A stretch of DNA of 64,000 nt from contig CM082592.2 of assembly GCA_040954595.2 (NCBI GenBank), positions 2,108,001 through 2,172,000 of the forward strand, read 5' to 3'. The notes below the pieces were generated by a model. That model was not told the origin of the DNA and did no database searches. It saw nothing but the letters and a program-made list of their open reading frames with translations. This document shows, piece after piece, positions 1-11,123 of the stretch; positions within the stretch are counted from its first letter, which is position 1; the number at the start of each line of letters is the position of its first letter. The stretch is from Balanoglossus misakiensis (taxonomy: Eukaryota; Animalia; Hemichordata). Both the position numbers and the translations under genes were made by a program.

Positions 1-1092
1 GTATAACTCGCAACTTGATATGTACGCTGACGATCAAACCCTTCTTACCTCAGGATTTTCTGTTTCGCATGTAAATGATTCCCTTCAAAATGATGTAATG
101 TTGTCAAGTAACTGGATTCGAAGTAATGGAATGATCATAAATGAGGGCAAAACGAAAGCTATGTTAGTCGGATCTCGTCAAGAAATAAAAGACTCTGACA
201 TTTCCGGTGAACAATTGGACATCTCCATAAATGACAAACGGATCTCATGTGTCACCTCTGAAAAGATACTGGGTTTAATCTTAGACAATTTTATTTCATG
301 GGATAAACATATTGATAATTTGTGTCTTACTTTGAGTCGGAGAGTTGGACTACTTAGGCGCCTTTGTAAATTCATACCTTTACACCTCAGAAAAGTTTTA
401 TATTACGGTTTGATTCAATCTGTCATTGACTACTGCACTATTGTGTGGGGAAATACGACTTCTAAAAATATAGATAAGGTTTATAAATTGCAGAAGCGTG
501 CCTTAAGAGTAATACTTAATGCTGATTTTGATACCCCAACTGATGTACTTTTTGAAAGATTCGATGTGCTATCTGTTAGACAACGTATTTTTTACTTTAC
601 TTGTATTATGGTGTACAAATGTTTCAACAACTCTGCTCCTAGCTATCTTATAGAACAAATTGTTACACTGAATGACGCCCATGGTTACCAGACACGAGGA
701 GCCTCAACTCGCAAATTATGATTGCCTCGATTTCGAACTGAAACAGGTCAAAGAACGTTTGCTATGCGTGCTGCTACAGCTTGGAACTCTCTACCTGACA
801 TTGTTAGATGCAGTACCAACATAAATAATTTCAAATCTCTGTTGAACTCTTACATCAGAACCACTTTAAGCAGATAGACGACCTCACAGTTTTAGAAACT
901 TCTACTTGTAGTCACCACTTTTATAAGTTTTACTTTTACTATTTGTACTTTTCTGTTTTAAACTTTTCATTTTTATACTTTATAGCAGGACCCCATGGTA
1001 GATTACAACCTTATAGGGGTCTCTACCCCTGTTTAAGTATTGTAAATGGGAAATCCTTTAATGTGTAAATAAAATATTAAATAAATAAATAA
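1..1092 (+). mobile_element. 3' part of a non-LTR retrotransposon (LINE, CR1/L2-like clade) with 3' UTR and (TAAA)n tail
   Basis: ORF 20-721 begins with the RT motif YADD and has a typical LINE RT C-terminus (KILGLILD, Y..LIQSVIDYC..VWG, LQKRALR). It is followed by a 3' UTR and an aaataaataaat tail at about 1067-1092. Confidence 0.85.
20..877 (+). pseudogene. LINE ORF2 reverse transcriptase C-terminal part with a premature stop
   Basis: After the TGA at 719-721 the same frame continues as LPRFRTETGQRTFAMRAATAWNSLP... to TAG at 875-877, a typical CR1/L2 ORF2 tail. Confidence 0.8.
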
Positions 1093-2436
1093 CCTCTCCA
1101 AAGCGAACATGCAGTCTTTACGGCCGGCTTGTCTCTCTCAAAGATCCAACAGTGAAGAATAAAATAAAATTCACGGAAAGACGTCCACGTGTACTTTTTT
1201 TTCCAGTTTCAAAGCGTTGCTAATGGTTACCGTGATGACGACCACGCGCTCGGGAAGAAGTCAGACCGGTGAAGAAATCGGAGACAAGTAGAAATCCGTC
1301 GTTTGTGATGATAAGTATTTGTCGTTACTCATTTTTTATGAAGAATGATTATCAAGGGAAAACACATCCCATTTGTGCATGCAACGAGTTCTTAGGCCAA
1401 TATTTACATCGATCACTGAAATCACATGTAATATATGTACAATCTCAGGAGGCGAACAGAGTAATAAAATATGGCAATCTTCGCGTATTCGATAAAAGTT
1501 GGGCACCGACGAGTTTACTTCCACGTATACAGGCCGTTCGTGGTCTGCCCGATGAGTGTGCACACGAACCGGGAACGTTTGTCGATGCCCGCCCAGAAAC
1601 AACACATAATTCAAAATCTTCCCTTCAAACGTGTTTGTTTTCGACGGCTAACACGAACGTATCGTCACACATCCTTGTCATGGATGGTCTTATATGTCAT
1701 GCTCGACTATTGCCTCGGCAACGCAGTGAAAAATTTTCTACCGGCTTTGGGATACAGTCTCTTTCTGTCTGTGTGTCTGAAAGCATGTCTGTGTCTCTCT
1801 GTTGTGTCGTTTATCACTCTGTCTACTCTGTCTTTCCGCACCCATCGTGAATCTCATTTTCTCACTCAATGAATACCAATCGTTTCAGATAGGGGTATAC
1901 CCCCGTGTCAATCAAATCCAAACAAGAAAATGTTAAAATAAACGTTGTCCCATATAAATCTCAACATTCCACAATGTTGGTGTTGCTGCTTAGAAACCTG
2001 TAGCCCCTATAAGTAATATCAACACTCCGGTTGATTTCAGGTAAAAATCCCCGCCACTAATATAAACTGAGCACATTATGACAGAAAATTACCTGTTGCC
2101 ATATTGGCGATAAGTCGAGTGGATTTCATGGCATCATAACTGGTGATGAATAACTGTTTTCAAAGAGGGCTGCCTGTACATCCTCGATTGATTGTTTATC
2201 TCTCTGCAGCTGTCCATGAGAGAGGTGATGAAAGTCCAACACTAAGTGTTCAATTCACTCTCATAGTTTTCGATGAGAGAACATAAATCGGCCTAGTTGC
2301 GATAATTGTAGCGGGTGCTGCCACATGTTCGCAGCACCAATCAAGTTCAGGGGCCCGTTTTACCACTGCCAGCAGTGGTAAAACAGTATTTTACCATAGC
2401 TCTCGTCCAATCAGAATCACGGACGGTAGCATGATA

Positions 2437-2760
2437 TAATTAAGCAATAAAACACCCCCAGCCATGGTATATCACGAGATTTTGACCAGTTCACGACATA
2501 TACGCACGAGCGATAGCGAGTGCGTATATGGAGTTGAACTGGTCAAAATCGAGTGGTATACCATGGCTGGGGGTGTTTTATTGCTATTATATTATGCCAG
2601 TATATTGAAACTTTGCATAAAACATTTTAAAAAGGCATTTTCTTTAACTATGATATATGACTGTGGTATATGGCTAATATATCACGGTCACGTGTCGTGT
2701 CTCGACCAATCAAATAGTGTGATTTACACCATCAATATACTGGTATAATATAATATAATA
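2437..2760. mobile_element. Hairpin non-autonomous element (Crypton-like architecture)
   Basis: An approximately 150-bp palindrome (agcaataaaacacccccagccatggtata...tataccatggctgggggtgttttattgct) is centred on gagcgatagcgag. It is followed by cacgtg, ccaatc and a tataata end. Confidence 0.55.
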
Positions 2761-3977
2761 ATATCTATACACTTTATTGTTCCATGACGCTCACGTACGT
2801 ACACAGGGCAGATCAGTTGCGGGCGCGCACGCATGCGTAGACATCGCAGCACCAATCAACCTAGCAGCACCCGCCACAATTATTGCAGCTAAAATCGGCC
2901 AGACTCTTTTCACTGCCAAAATGGGTTTTGATAACTCTCAAAAATGGCGTTTTCTGTGAAATCGGAGGCATGAAACGTTGAAAACGTATACATGCGATGG
3001 TAAACTTGGCACGCTGTAGTAAAACACTGGTCAACGCATCGACTGGTCTCGCTTTCGTTAATGCTGCGGCGCACTGTGCATTACGAGGTGTGGACGAAGT
3101 CCCTCAATGTACGGTACCGTCCATGGTCACGTGGTCAAGGTAACCATGGAGTCACCACACGCGGAGTTGTCTTATCTCGTACTTCGGATACTTTTAATAT
3201 AGCACTACGACTCGCCTCAACTTCCATCGGGTAAAAGAAAGATAAACTTGACCTTGGGTATATTGCTGTGCCACGGTTAGACCTACAGTGCAGTGCCCGG
3301 TACTCACAACCACCTATTTAGCATATTTGTTAATCATTCGCCACCATGGCATTGTCACATGTGTCATAGTTATTCCACGTGGCAGCTCCAATGTCACATC
3401 CTCGATAGTATAGTGGTGAGTATCTCCGCCTGTCACGCGGAAGACCGGGGTTCAATTCCCCGTCGGGGAGTATTTTTTTATTAACAAAATCTATATTTGA
3501 TATTTATATGAAATGACCGTAAAAAGGTTAATTGGCTTTTAATTTTCGAGTTTTGGCTTGTTTTGGTCCGATTTTCTGCTCAGCCATGCACAAAAGCGAC
3601 CCCCAATTACACCACGCGTACGGCCTCCACCACACAGACATGTAAGCAGCAAGCTTATGTTTGTTTCGATTAAAAATACTCCCTCATTTTTACACCACTT
3701 TCCTGTCCCATTTCTATCACAGTTGATCCCAGACGCGTTTCCTGGCAACAGGCCATAGACTGGCAACCGAGGAGGTTGACGCGAAAGAATATGGCGGCAT
3801 CTATCGACATCAATGGAAACATCCTGGTCTGGAATCCGGACTCGCGTGTCTTTTTTGCAAACCCTTCGTTATGTACCGTCATAGGAAATAGTCTTGAGGA
3901 GATACTAGTATATAATCAGACATCTACGGAAATTAAGACGCCACCACTGACATACCAAGATATATATTCAATCAATA
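2759..3977 (+). repeat. Left arm of a 1.2-kb inverted repeat (contains tRNA-Asp)
   Basis: Reverse complement of 7469-8644 apart from a few substitutions and 43 extra bp (3078-3120). The ORF track shows mirrored spurious ORFs in both arms. Confidence 0.95.
3399..3470 (+). tRNA. trnD-GUC: tRNA-Asp (GTC)
   Basis: TCCTCGATAGTATAGTGGTGAGTATCTCCGCCTGTCACGCGGAAGACCGGGGTTCAATTCCCCGTCGGGGAG is 72 nt with paired acceptor, anticodon and T stems and a GTC anticodon. An oligo-T Pol III terminator follows. Confidence 0.95.
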
Positions 3978-4587
3978 CTGTTCGTTTTAAAATGGACGCT
4001 GCCATCACACCTTCCCTGCCTTATTGAGTGCCGCCGATGTGCACAGAAATGAGTAGCCACTCGGCCACCAACTAAGATGATTAAGGCCTCATCACCTATT
4101 TCTTTTTAGAGGCTAGGGTATACTAGATTCTATGACAGTCGCTGCGCCTGTCGATAAGAAATGGAACTTTCCTACACAGCACAGCACAGTCCAGCCACTT
4201 CTTGTGTCGATCGTGCGAATGGGTGGCTCAATTTAAGACACCGCATTGTTGTTTCTTTATCTTTTATTTATTTATTTGTGTGTTTTCTTATTTGTTGCCC
4301 CGAAAAGAACGCCTACTTCGCCTGTGATAGCATTCTGCGACTCATATAAACGTCGTAGTATTTTGACAGATATAACATAATTTTCACCGTACATATACCA
4401 AAAGTCTTGCTCCAAGACTGTTTGATACTGAACGTCCTGTGGACGCGACGCTAATCAACAGTTGCTCACTTTGCCTGGCGGCGCGTCATACCCACAATGC
4501 AATTGTAATGTGATTTGACCCCCTAGCACAAAGTAACGACATATTTAAGGTACTAGAAAGAAACTAGCACTTATTCATTTTTTTCAG

Positions 4588-7370
4588 ATTTGGACGACTG
4601 CGCGGACTTATTGGGTCACTCTTAATAATGCAAGCGATTGGCATCATCATGATATTTTCGCCTAACTACGTATTTTTCGCGGCATGTTACTTCTTGCTTT
4701 TCATCGTAGTATACTCTACCTCTCTTGCTGGATTTGTGTTGGGTAAGAACGATTTCCAATAATTCAGTTTAATCAGACATTTTATATCTGGCATCAACTG
4801 GAAACGGTTCGGGAAATAATGTTAATTTAGCAGTGTGTTGCCCTACTAGACCGTGACACAAAAAATGAAATTCAGTGGTAGAGATCTTCAACGTGACAAT
4901 TTACAAAGTTGAAAAATAAATCAAGCATAGTCACGCATGATTCCCTCTCTCGTATGTCGTACTCGATACATGGCAAGAAATGCCAGTCAAGATAAAGAAC
5001 CGGTCGCTGAATTCTCATCTATCTGTCCATAGTCACTGAACACGTAGGACCCTCCAAGCGATCCCTGGCCGGTATGATTCAAGCCGCCTGTTACAGCGTC
5101 GGTTACATGCTGCTCAGCCTATTAGCATACTTCATCCGTGAGTGGTGGAAGCTGCTGTTGGCCATTACTATTCCCAACGCCATATTCTTGGTGTATTGGT
5201 GGTAAGTGCGAGAACGGACTCTACTTCAGAGAAGATGTCGGATCTTCGTTACAGTCATACAAGCTTTGTTCATCAGAATTGTCGAATCGAATGAACGCTC
5301 TCCCTTGTTTCCATTTTTTCCAACGTGACGTGAACGGTGAGTGTGTGTGCGCGAGTATGTGTGCATGTGAACTACGTGTATACCTGTATTCTGTTTTCTA
5401 TGTACAGGATCATCTATCTGTCTGTGGGCAAAAAGAAACAGGCCGAGGCAATCATACGTAAATCCGCCCGGGTGAACAAAGTGGAGGTCCCGGATGACCT
5501 CTTCGACGGATCATGGCAACCAGAGCGTGGTGATGATAGCGAACAGGTAAATTATCACGGTGACTTGGACAAGTCTTTGTTCGTGTTCTAAGATATTGTT
5601 GGAAAATCATTATTAACATCTTTTGCTGCTTTCTTGTACAGAGCTACAACAACAACACGACCGTTGCTGAAGCGGCACCGAGTATGTTGAGTTTATTGAG
5701 ACTACCGAACATGAGAAAGAAGATACTCATTTTGATTTTAAACTTGTAAGTGACTACTGTCAAGTGCATGCCTCTTTATTTTTTAAACTCAACGCTATGA
5801 CTTCGTTTAGCCAGACAGTTTTTGATCGAATAATCACAGACAACAATTTACTGTGGTGAACATGTAGTTGAAAACGCTGCTCTAAGATCTCCAATTTCCC
5901 CGGGTCTTTCTAGTACAATCATGTAGTTGACATCAATCCTATGTCGATTTCGTTATAGCATAGCCAACAGTATGGTCTACTACGGTTTAAATCTGAACAC
6001 GTCATCGCTGGGCGGCAGCGACTACCTCAACGCGTTCATATCAGCCATCGTGGAAATCCCGGCTTTCTTGGTAGCAACCTATATACTTGAGATCCCCTTA
6101 TTGGGACGTCGCTGGTCGCTGTTTCTGACGATGTTGCTGAGCGGCTGTGGATGTATAGGGGCGGCCTTCGTGCCACAGTGTGAGTATTGCAATGTTAGAC
6201 CAGATCCCAGTCTTATTTGGACGCCGACTTTCCCTTTTTTCTTCCAGAATGGCATATTTGGAACAAAATAACTTTACGTTGTCCATTATATAAATTATTT
6301 CGATCATAACTTCTTCATCAATGTATTATTAACAGGTGGAGATCTAACATGGTTACGTATAACTCTGGCTATGATTGGTACATGTAAATTTGGAATTTCG
6401 TCCTCGTTCGGCATAGTGTTGGTCTACTCGACAGAATTGTTCCCAACACCTGTAAGGTAATCACAACATTTCTCTATGTCAGGCTACTAGAGGTCGTTCA
6501 TTTTACCCGATGTGCAGCTGATGTGGTGTGGGTTAGCACATTGCCGAGTATTGGTACATATATCGCAATGATATCTCTTACAACAGTAATTCAATAGTGT
6601 CACTTCATTTTCGCGAGCCAGAGCCATCGGGGCCTACCTCCAGCCTGAGAAACTGTTGCCGTAAAGAGGTCGGATTTTACGACGATGTGTCACTTAGGTC
6701 GCCTCAGAGTCTTTGCTTTGGTCTATCGTGGCAGGTGTAGTATGTTAGCATGATACATGGTACTTGTAATACTATAATACTTTAAATGTCCGCAAGGAGG
6801 AGGATTACCGGGCCAGTTTTGCAGCTATATATATATATTGTAATGCTTTCTTTAGGTCCATGGGCATTGGGCTTTGCTGTATGTGCGCCTACCTCGGCGC
6901 GATAGTTTCTCCGCAAATCTTGCTCCTCAAGACACTGTGGCTGCCGCTACCACCTATTATCTTCGGCGTCACAGCCACCCTTGCCGGGACAATAGTTCTG
7001 CCTTTGCCGGAAACGAGAGGGCGAAAACTGCCGGAAACCATGGCGGAGGGAGAAAGGTTTGGGAAGTGAGTAAAAAAGCTTATGTCCGGTGTTATAATCA
7101 CACGTCACATAGGTACAAACTCAAATGGAAGACTGGGCACCTACCATATCACGGTGCAGGCATAGGAATGGTTATGATATATTTTGGGGCATTTTAAATG
7201 GAAATCTGTCTTTTAAAGTATCTTCTATACCTGCTTTTCGTGTTTTAAAATCATATTTTTTTTCTTTCGACAGGAAACCCCGTCATGGTCAATACGAAGG
7301 GTATGGAGAGATACGAAAAATTGAAATGGTAAACAAAAGCCGTGACACTGAACTTGAAGCCAAAGAATAA
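4588..7370 (+). CDS. SLC22-family organic cation/anion transporter, 3' eight exons (5' exons not found in the window)
   Basis: GT-AG exons with compatible phases: 4588-4742, 5033-5201, 5408-5546, 5642-5745, 5959-6179, 6336-6456, 6856-7065, 7274-7370 (stop). Motifs: FGR, TEHVGPSKR, AYFIREW, MVYYGLNLN, VEIPA, LGRR, STELFPTPVR, LPETRGRKLPET. Confidence 0.9.
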
Positions 7371-7468
7371 CACATGTTGATGTTTACGAATTCTTGATAA
7401 TAAGAATGCAGTCTTGTTTATTGTTTAATAGACAACGATGTTGTTGTCCGGGTTAATACTGGTTCTTC

Positions 7469-8644
7469 TATTGATTGAATATATATCTTGGTATGTCAGT
7501 GGTGGCGTCTTAATTTCCGTAGATGTCTGATTATATACTAGTATCTCCTCAAGACTATTTCCTATGACGGTACATAACAAAGGGTTTGCAAAAAAGACAC
7601 GCGAGTCCGGATTCCAGACCAGGATGTTTCCATTGATGTCGATAGATGCCGCCATATTCTTTCGCGTCAACCTCCTCGGTTGCCAGTCTATGGCCTGTTG
7701 CCAGGAAACGCGTCTGGGATCAACTGTGATAGAAATGGGACAGGAAAGTGGTGTAAAAATGAGGGAGTATTTTTAATCGAAACAAACATAAGCTTGCTGC
7801 TTACATGTCTGTGTGGTGGAGGCCGTACGCGTGGTGTAATTGGGGGTCGCTTTTGTGCATGGCTGAGCAGAAAATCGGACTAAAACAAGCCAAAACTCGA
7901 AAATTAAAAGCCAATTAACCTTTTTACGGTCATTTCATATAAATATCAAATATAGATTTTGTTAATAAAAAAATACTCCCCGACGGGGAATTGAACCCCG
8001 GTCTTCCGCGTGACAGGCGGAGATACTCACCACTATACTATCGAGGATGTGACATTGGAGCTGCCACGTGGAATAACTATGACACATGTGACAATGCCAT
8101 GGCGGCGAATGATTAACAAATATGCTAAATAGGTGGTTGTGAGTACCGGGCACTGCACTGTAGGTCTAACCGTGGCACAGCAATATACCCAAGGTCAAGT
8201 TTATCTTTCTTTTACCCGATGGAAGTTGAGGCGAGTCGTAGTGCTATATTAAAAGTATCCGAAGTACGAGATAAGACAACTCCGCGTGTGGTGACTCCAT
8301 GGTTACCTTGACCACGTGACCATGGACAGTGCGCCGCAGCATTAACGAAAGCGAGACCAGTCGATGCGTTGACCAGTGTTTTACTACAGCGTGCCAAATT
8401 TACCATCGCATGTATACGTTTTCAACGTTTCATGCCTCCGATTTCACAGAAAACGCCATTTTTGAGAGTTATCAAAACACATTTTGGCAGTGAAAAGAGT
8501 CTGGCCGATTTTAGCTGCAATAATTGTGGCGGGTGCTGCTAGGTTGATTGGTGCTGCGATGTCTACGCATGCGTGCGCGCCCGCAACTGATCTGCCCTGT
8601 GTACGTACGTGAGCGTCATGGAACAATAAAGTGTATAGATATTA
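7469..8644 (-). repeat. Right arm of the 1.2-kb inverted repeat (contains tRNA-Asp)
   Basis: Reverse complement of 2759-3977 minus the 43-bp segment (1219-43=1176 bp). Confidence 0.95.
7976..8047 (-). tRNA. trnD-GUC: tRNA-Asp (GTC)
   Basis: Exact reverse complement of 3399-3470, with the oligo-T terminator on the minus strand. Confidence 0.95.
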
Positions 8645-8784
8645 ATAAACTTAGCATAAACGCGACGTCCTCAACGAACAAAGAATACAATATTTCGTGG
8701 GTTTGTTTGGTGTGGACGAGAACGGCAATAAAGCTGGGTCAGTGTTAACTTAATGTGCAAAACCACACCGTACGCGTACCTCTA

Positions 8785-10617
8785 CAGTCAGATCGCACGG
8801 TGCTCATTTGCATATGAAAGTTCGTCAAGCCAGCGACCGTTAATTTTCAAACAGACGGCAATAGGCCAGTTTTCAAGGTGATTTTCAACTTGATTTTTAC
8901 ACTCCGTGGTACAATAAAATACCATGCTAGCTCGATAAATTTCGAAAGTGATTCCTATTTTGCACTGCAGACGTAAATTTTATGAGAATCTGTCGGTAAT
9001 AGTAGTAGTTTTTAGCGTGTTTTCGGTGGTATGTTGGTGACCTCGGAAGAGACGTCCACAAACGTGCCAAAAATCATTTGAAGACGACCTCGGAAGTTAA
9101 CCAAGTTTTCGTGACAGATAGGTCTAATATCGGTCCCAACATCCGTGAAAAGAAATTAACTCGAAATGCTTGTGTAACGGTCAGCTTAAAAATAATCGAT
9201 GTAGTTCGACGATATGACCCGGAAGTATAGGCCCTACGTTGACCTCTCCATGTTAGGCTTGTAAATACGGAAGTGTTGCGTTGCTCGTGAAACGACACGT
9301 TTATCGTGGGGAAAACAGTTTCTAAAAGACACTTGTCAAGTAAAAGTTACTGGATAGTGTATAACACTCTAAGGTAACATATCAGCCAAGTTTTAACTTA
9401 ATTACTGGCCTGATTTCGACACAACATCGATCAATCGCACGAGTGCCGCGCCCGGGTGCTCCACGCCGTTCGCCTACATTGGGCTACAAACAAATATTTG
9501 ATTACCCATGCACAGAATGCCAGGTTTACCGTACGTGAGGAGCTCAGCTGACGTATTTTGTATATATTTTTTTCTCCGCATCGTGGGATATAAGTAGACT
9601 TTTCGAAAATGCCAAGTGTAACTTCGAAACCACTTCCCTTTATTCGCCGATGATATATGCAATAAATACAACATTTGTGTCTGAAGGCGAGCGATTTGTC
9701 ATCATTGCATTGGGTCGATAAATAATAATAATAGTAATTTATTTATTAAACAGTGTTCAAAATACTACTACAAAATACAGGATAAAGAGTTAAAAATACA
9801 ACAAAATACAGAATAAATTGTCAACTCAGACAGCTAAAATAAAACAGTCAACTGCAACACCACCACCACCACCACCACAAAAATCAGTCTTCATCAATCT
9901 GAAAGAACAATAAAATTAAAAAAAGTGAGTTTCCTTGACGGGCAAACCTTCATAAAATAATTGTTAGGGTTTAGTAAAACTCGGGATTACATATCAGCAA
10001 TCAAAATTTCTTCGCACGAGAGAGGAGGGAAAACTACGCAGCTGGTAAAACCCAGGATCAAGCCTGCGCCAGCGTATATACGTACACATGCATGCTGTCT
10101 TCTCCCGCCATTTTGCAGAAGAAGTGGCGCTCACGGGTTGAAAAGTAAACAAAATGGCGCTCACAGGTTGAAAGGTAAACAAAATTCAACTGGTCATATC
10201 GTCACTATCAAAGCTTGGAAGTGAATGAAAACTCAAAGAGAGGGAGTTTGATGTCTATATTTTGATAAAAGTTTGAAATTTCGTGGTAAAATCCATGTGT
10301 AACGGTCAGCTTAAAAATAATCGAGAGGATGTCAACGCTATGTGTTTTTTCACAGTCGTCAGAAATTTCGTGATTACAAAGAAACTACTCGACAGAAGTT
10401 GCCAAAAAATCATTCAGTAACAATCCAGTATACCTACCTTCAAGTGAATCCACGGTTTTGTCTTAAAATAATCCACATCGCCTGAAAACAGCTCTATAAT
10501 ATCGAGTAAAAAAATGGCCTATTTCGCGACCCGTCAGCGGGGCCCACTCTAACGGCTACATGGTTTGAAGTACTTTCTTCATTTGCATATGTTAATGAAT
10601 GCCGTGCGATCTGACTG
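8785..10617. mobile_element. Non-autonomous TIR DNA transposon (CAG..CTG ends, 4-bp TSD; possibly Academ-type)
   Basis: TIR cagtcagatcgcacgg / ccgtgcgatctgactg, flanked on both sides by tcta. Confidence 0.7.
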
Positions 10618-10709
10618 TCTATAGGGGATATGCACCGTGTGTACGATCTCGTCTTGAGCAGTAAAGGCGATGTCTACGCATGCGTGCGCGCCCGCAACTG
10701 ATCTGCCCT

Positions 10710-11123
10710 TAGTCTGGTACCCTGCCCCCTTTCTCCCGCTGCTGGCGCTACACTCACGAAAGGGGTCAGGTAAAGGCCATTTAATGCATGGCTGTGATTG
10801 GACATTAAGATCGAGCGTGCTGATTGGTCAATAAAGTTTTCAGACGACAAACAATAACTACATTTGTAGTCGATTGTTGCCGTAAATTTTCTTTAACCGC
10901 TGCTCACCTTCCCCACAAGCAACACATGTACTTGCGTTGATCTTTACTGGTGTTGTTTTCACGGTCGCAGCCATTTTGGTGTATCATGTGACGTCACTGA
11001 ACAGTTGAAGTGATGTGACAGTCCGCCATTTTGGTCAGGATCCTGACCAAAATGGCGGCCCATACCTGACCCTTCCCTTGAGCAGCGCAGCCAGCGGCGG
11101 GGATGGGGCAGGGGACCAGACTA
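10710..11123. mobile_element. MITE with TAG..CTA ends and 9-bp TSD (AcademH-like)
   Basis: TIR tagtctggtaccctgcccc / ggggcaggggaccagacta. TSD atctgccct at 10701-10709 and 11124-11132. Confidence 0.85.

Noticed and set aside
1269-1872. 193-aa and 133-aa ORFs
   Set aside because: No recognisable domain, they run into a gtct/ctgt microsatellite-like tract, and there is no splice-supported gene model.
3293-4027. Short ORFs mirrored at 7425-8153
   Set aside because: They are by-products of the inverted repeat, and one overlaps the tRNA gene. No protein motifs.
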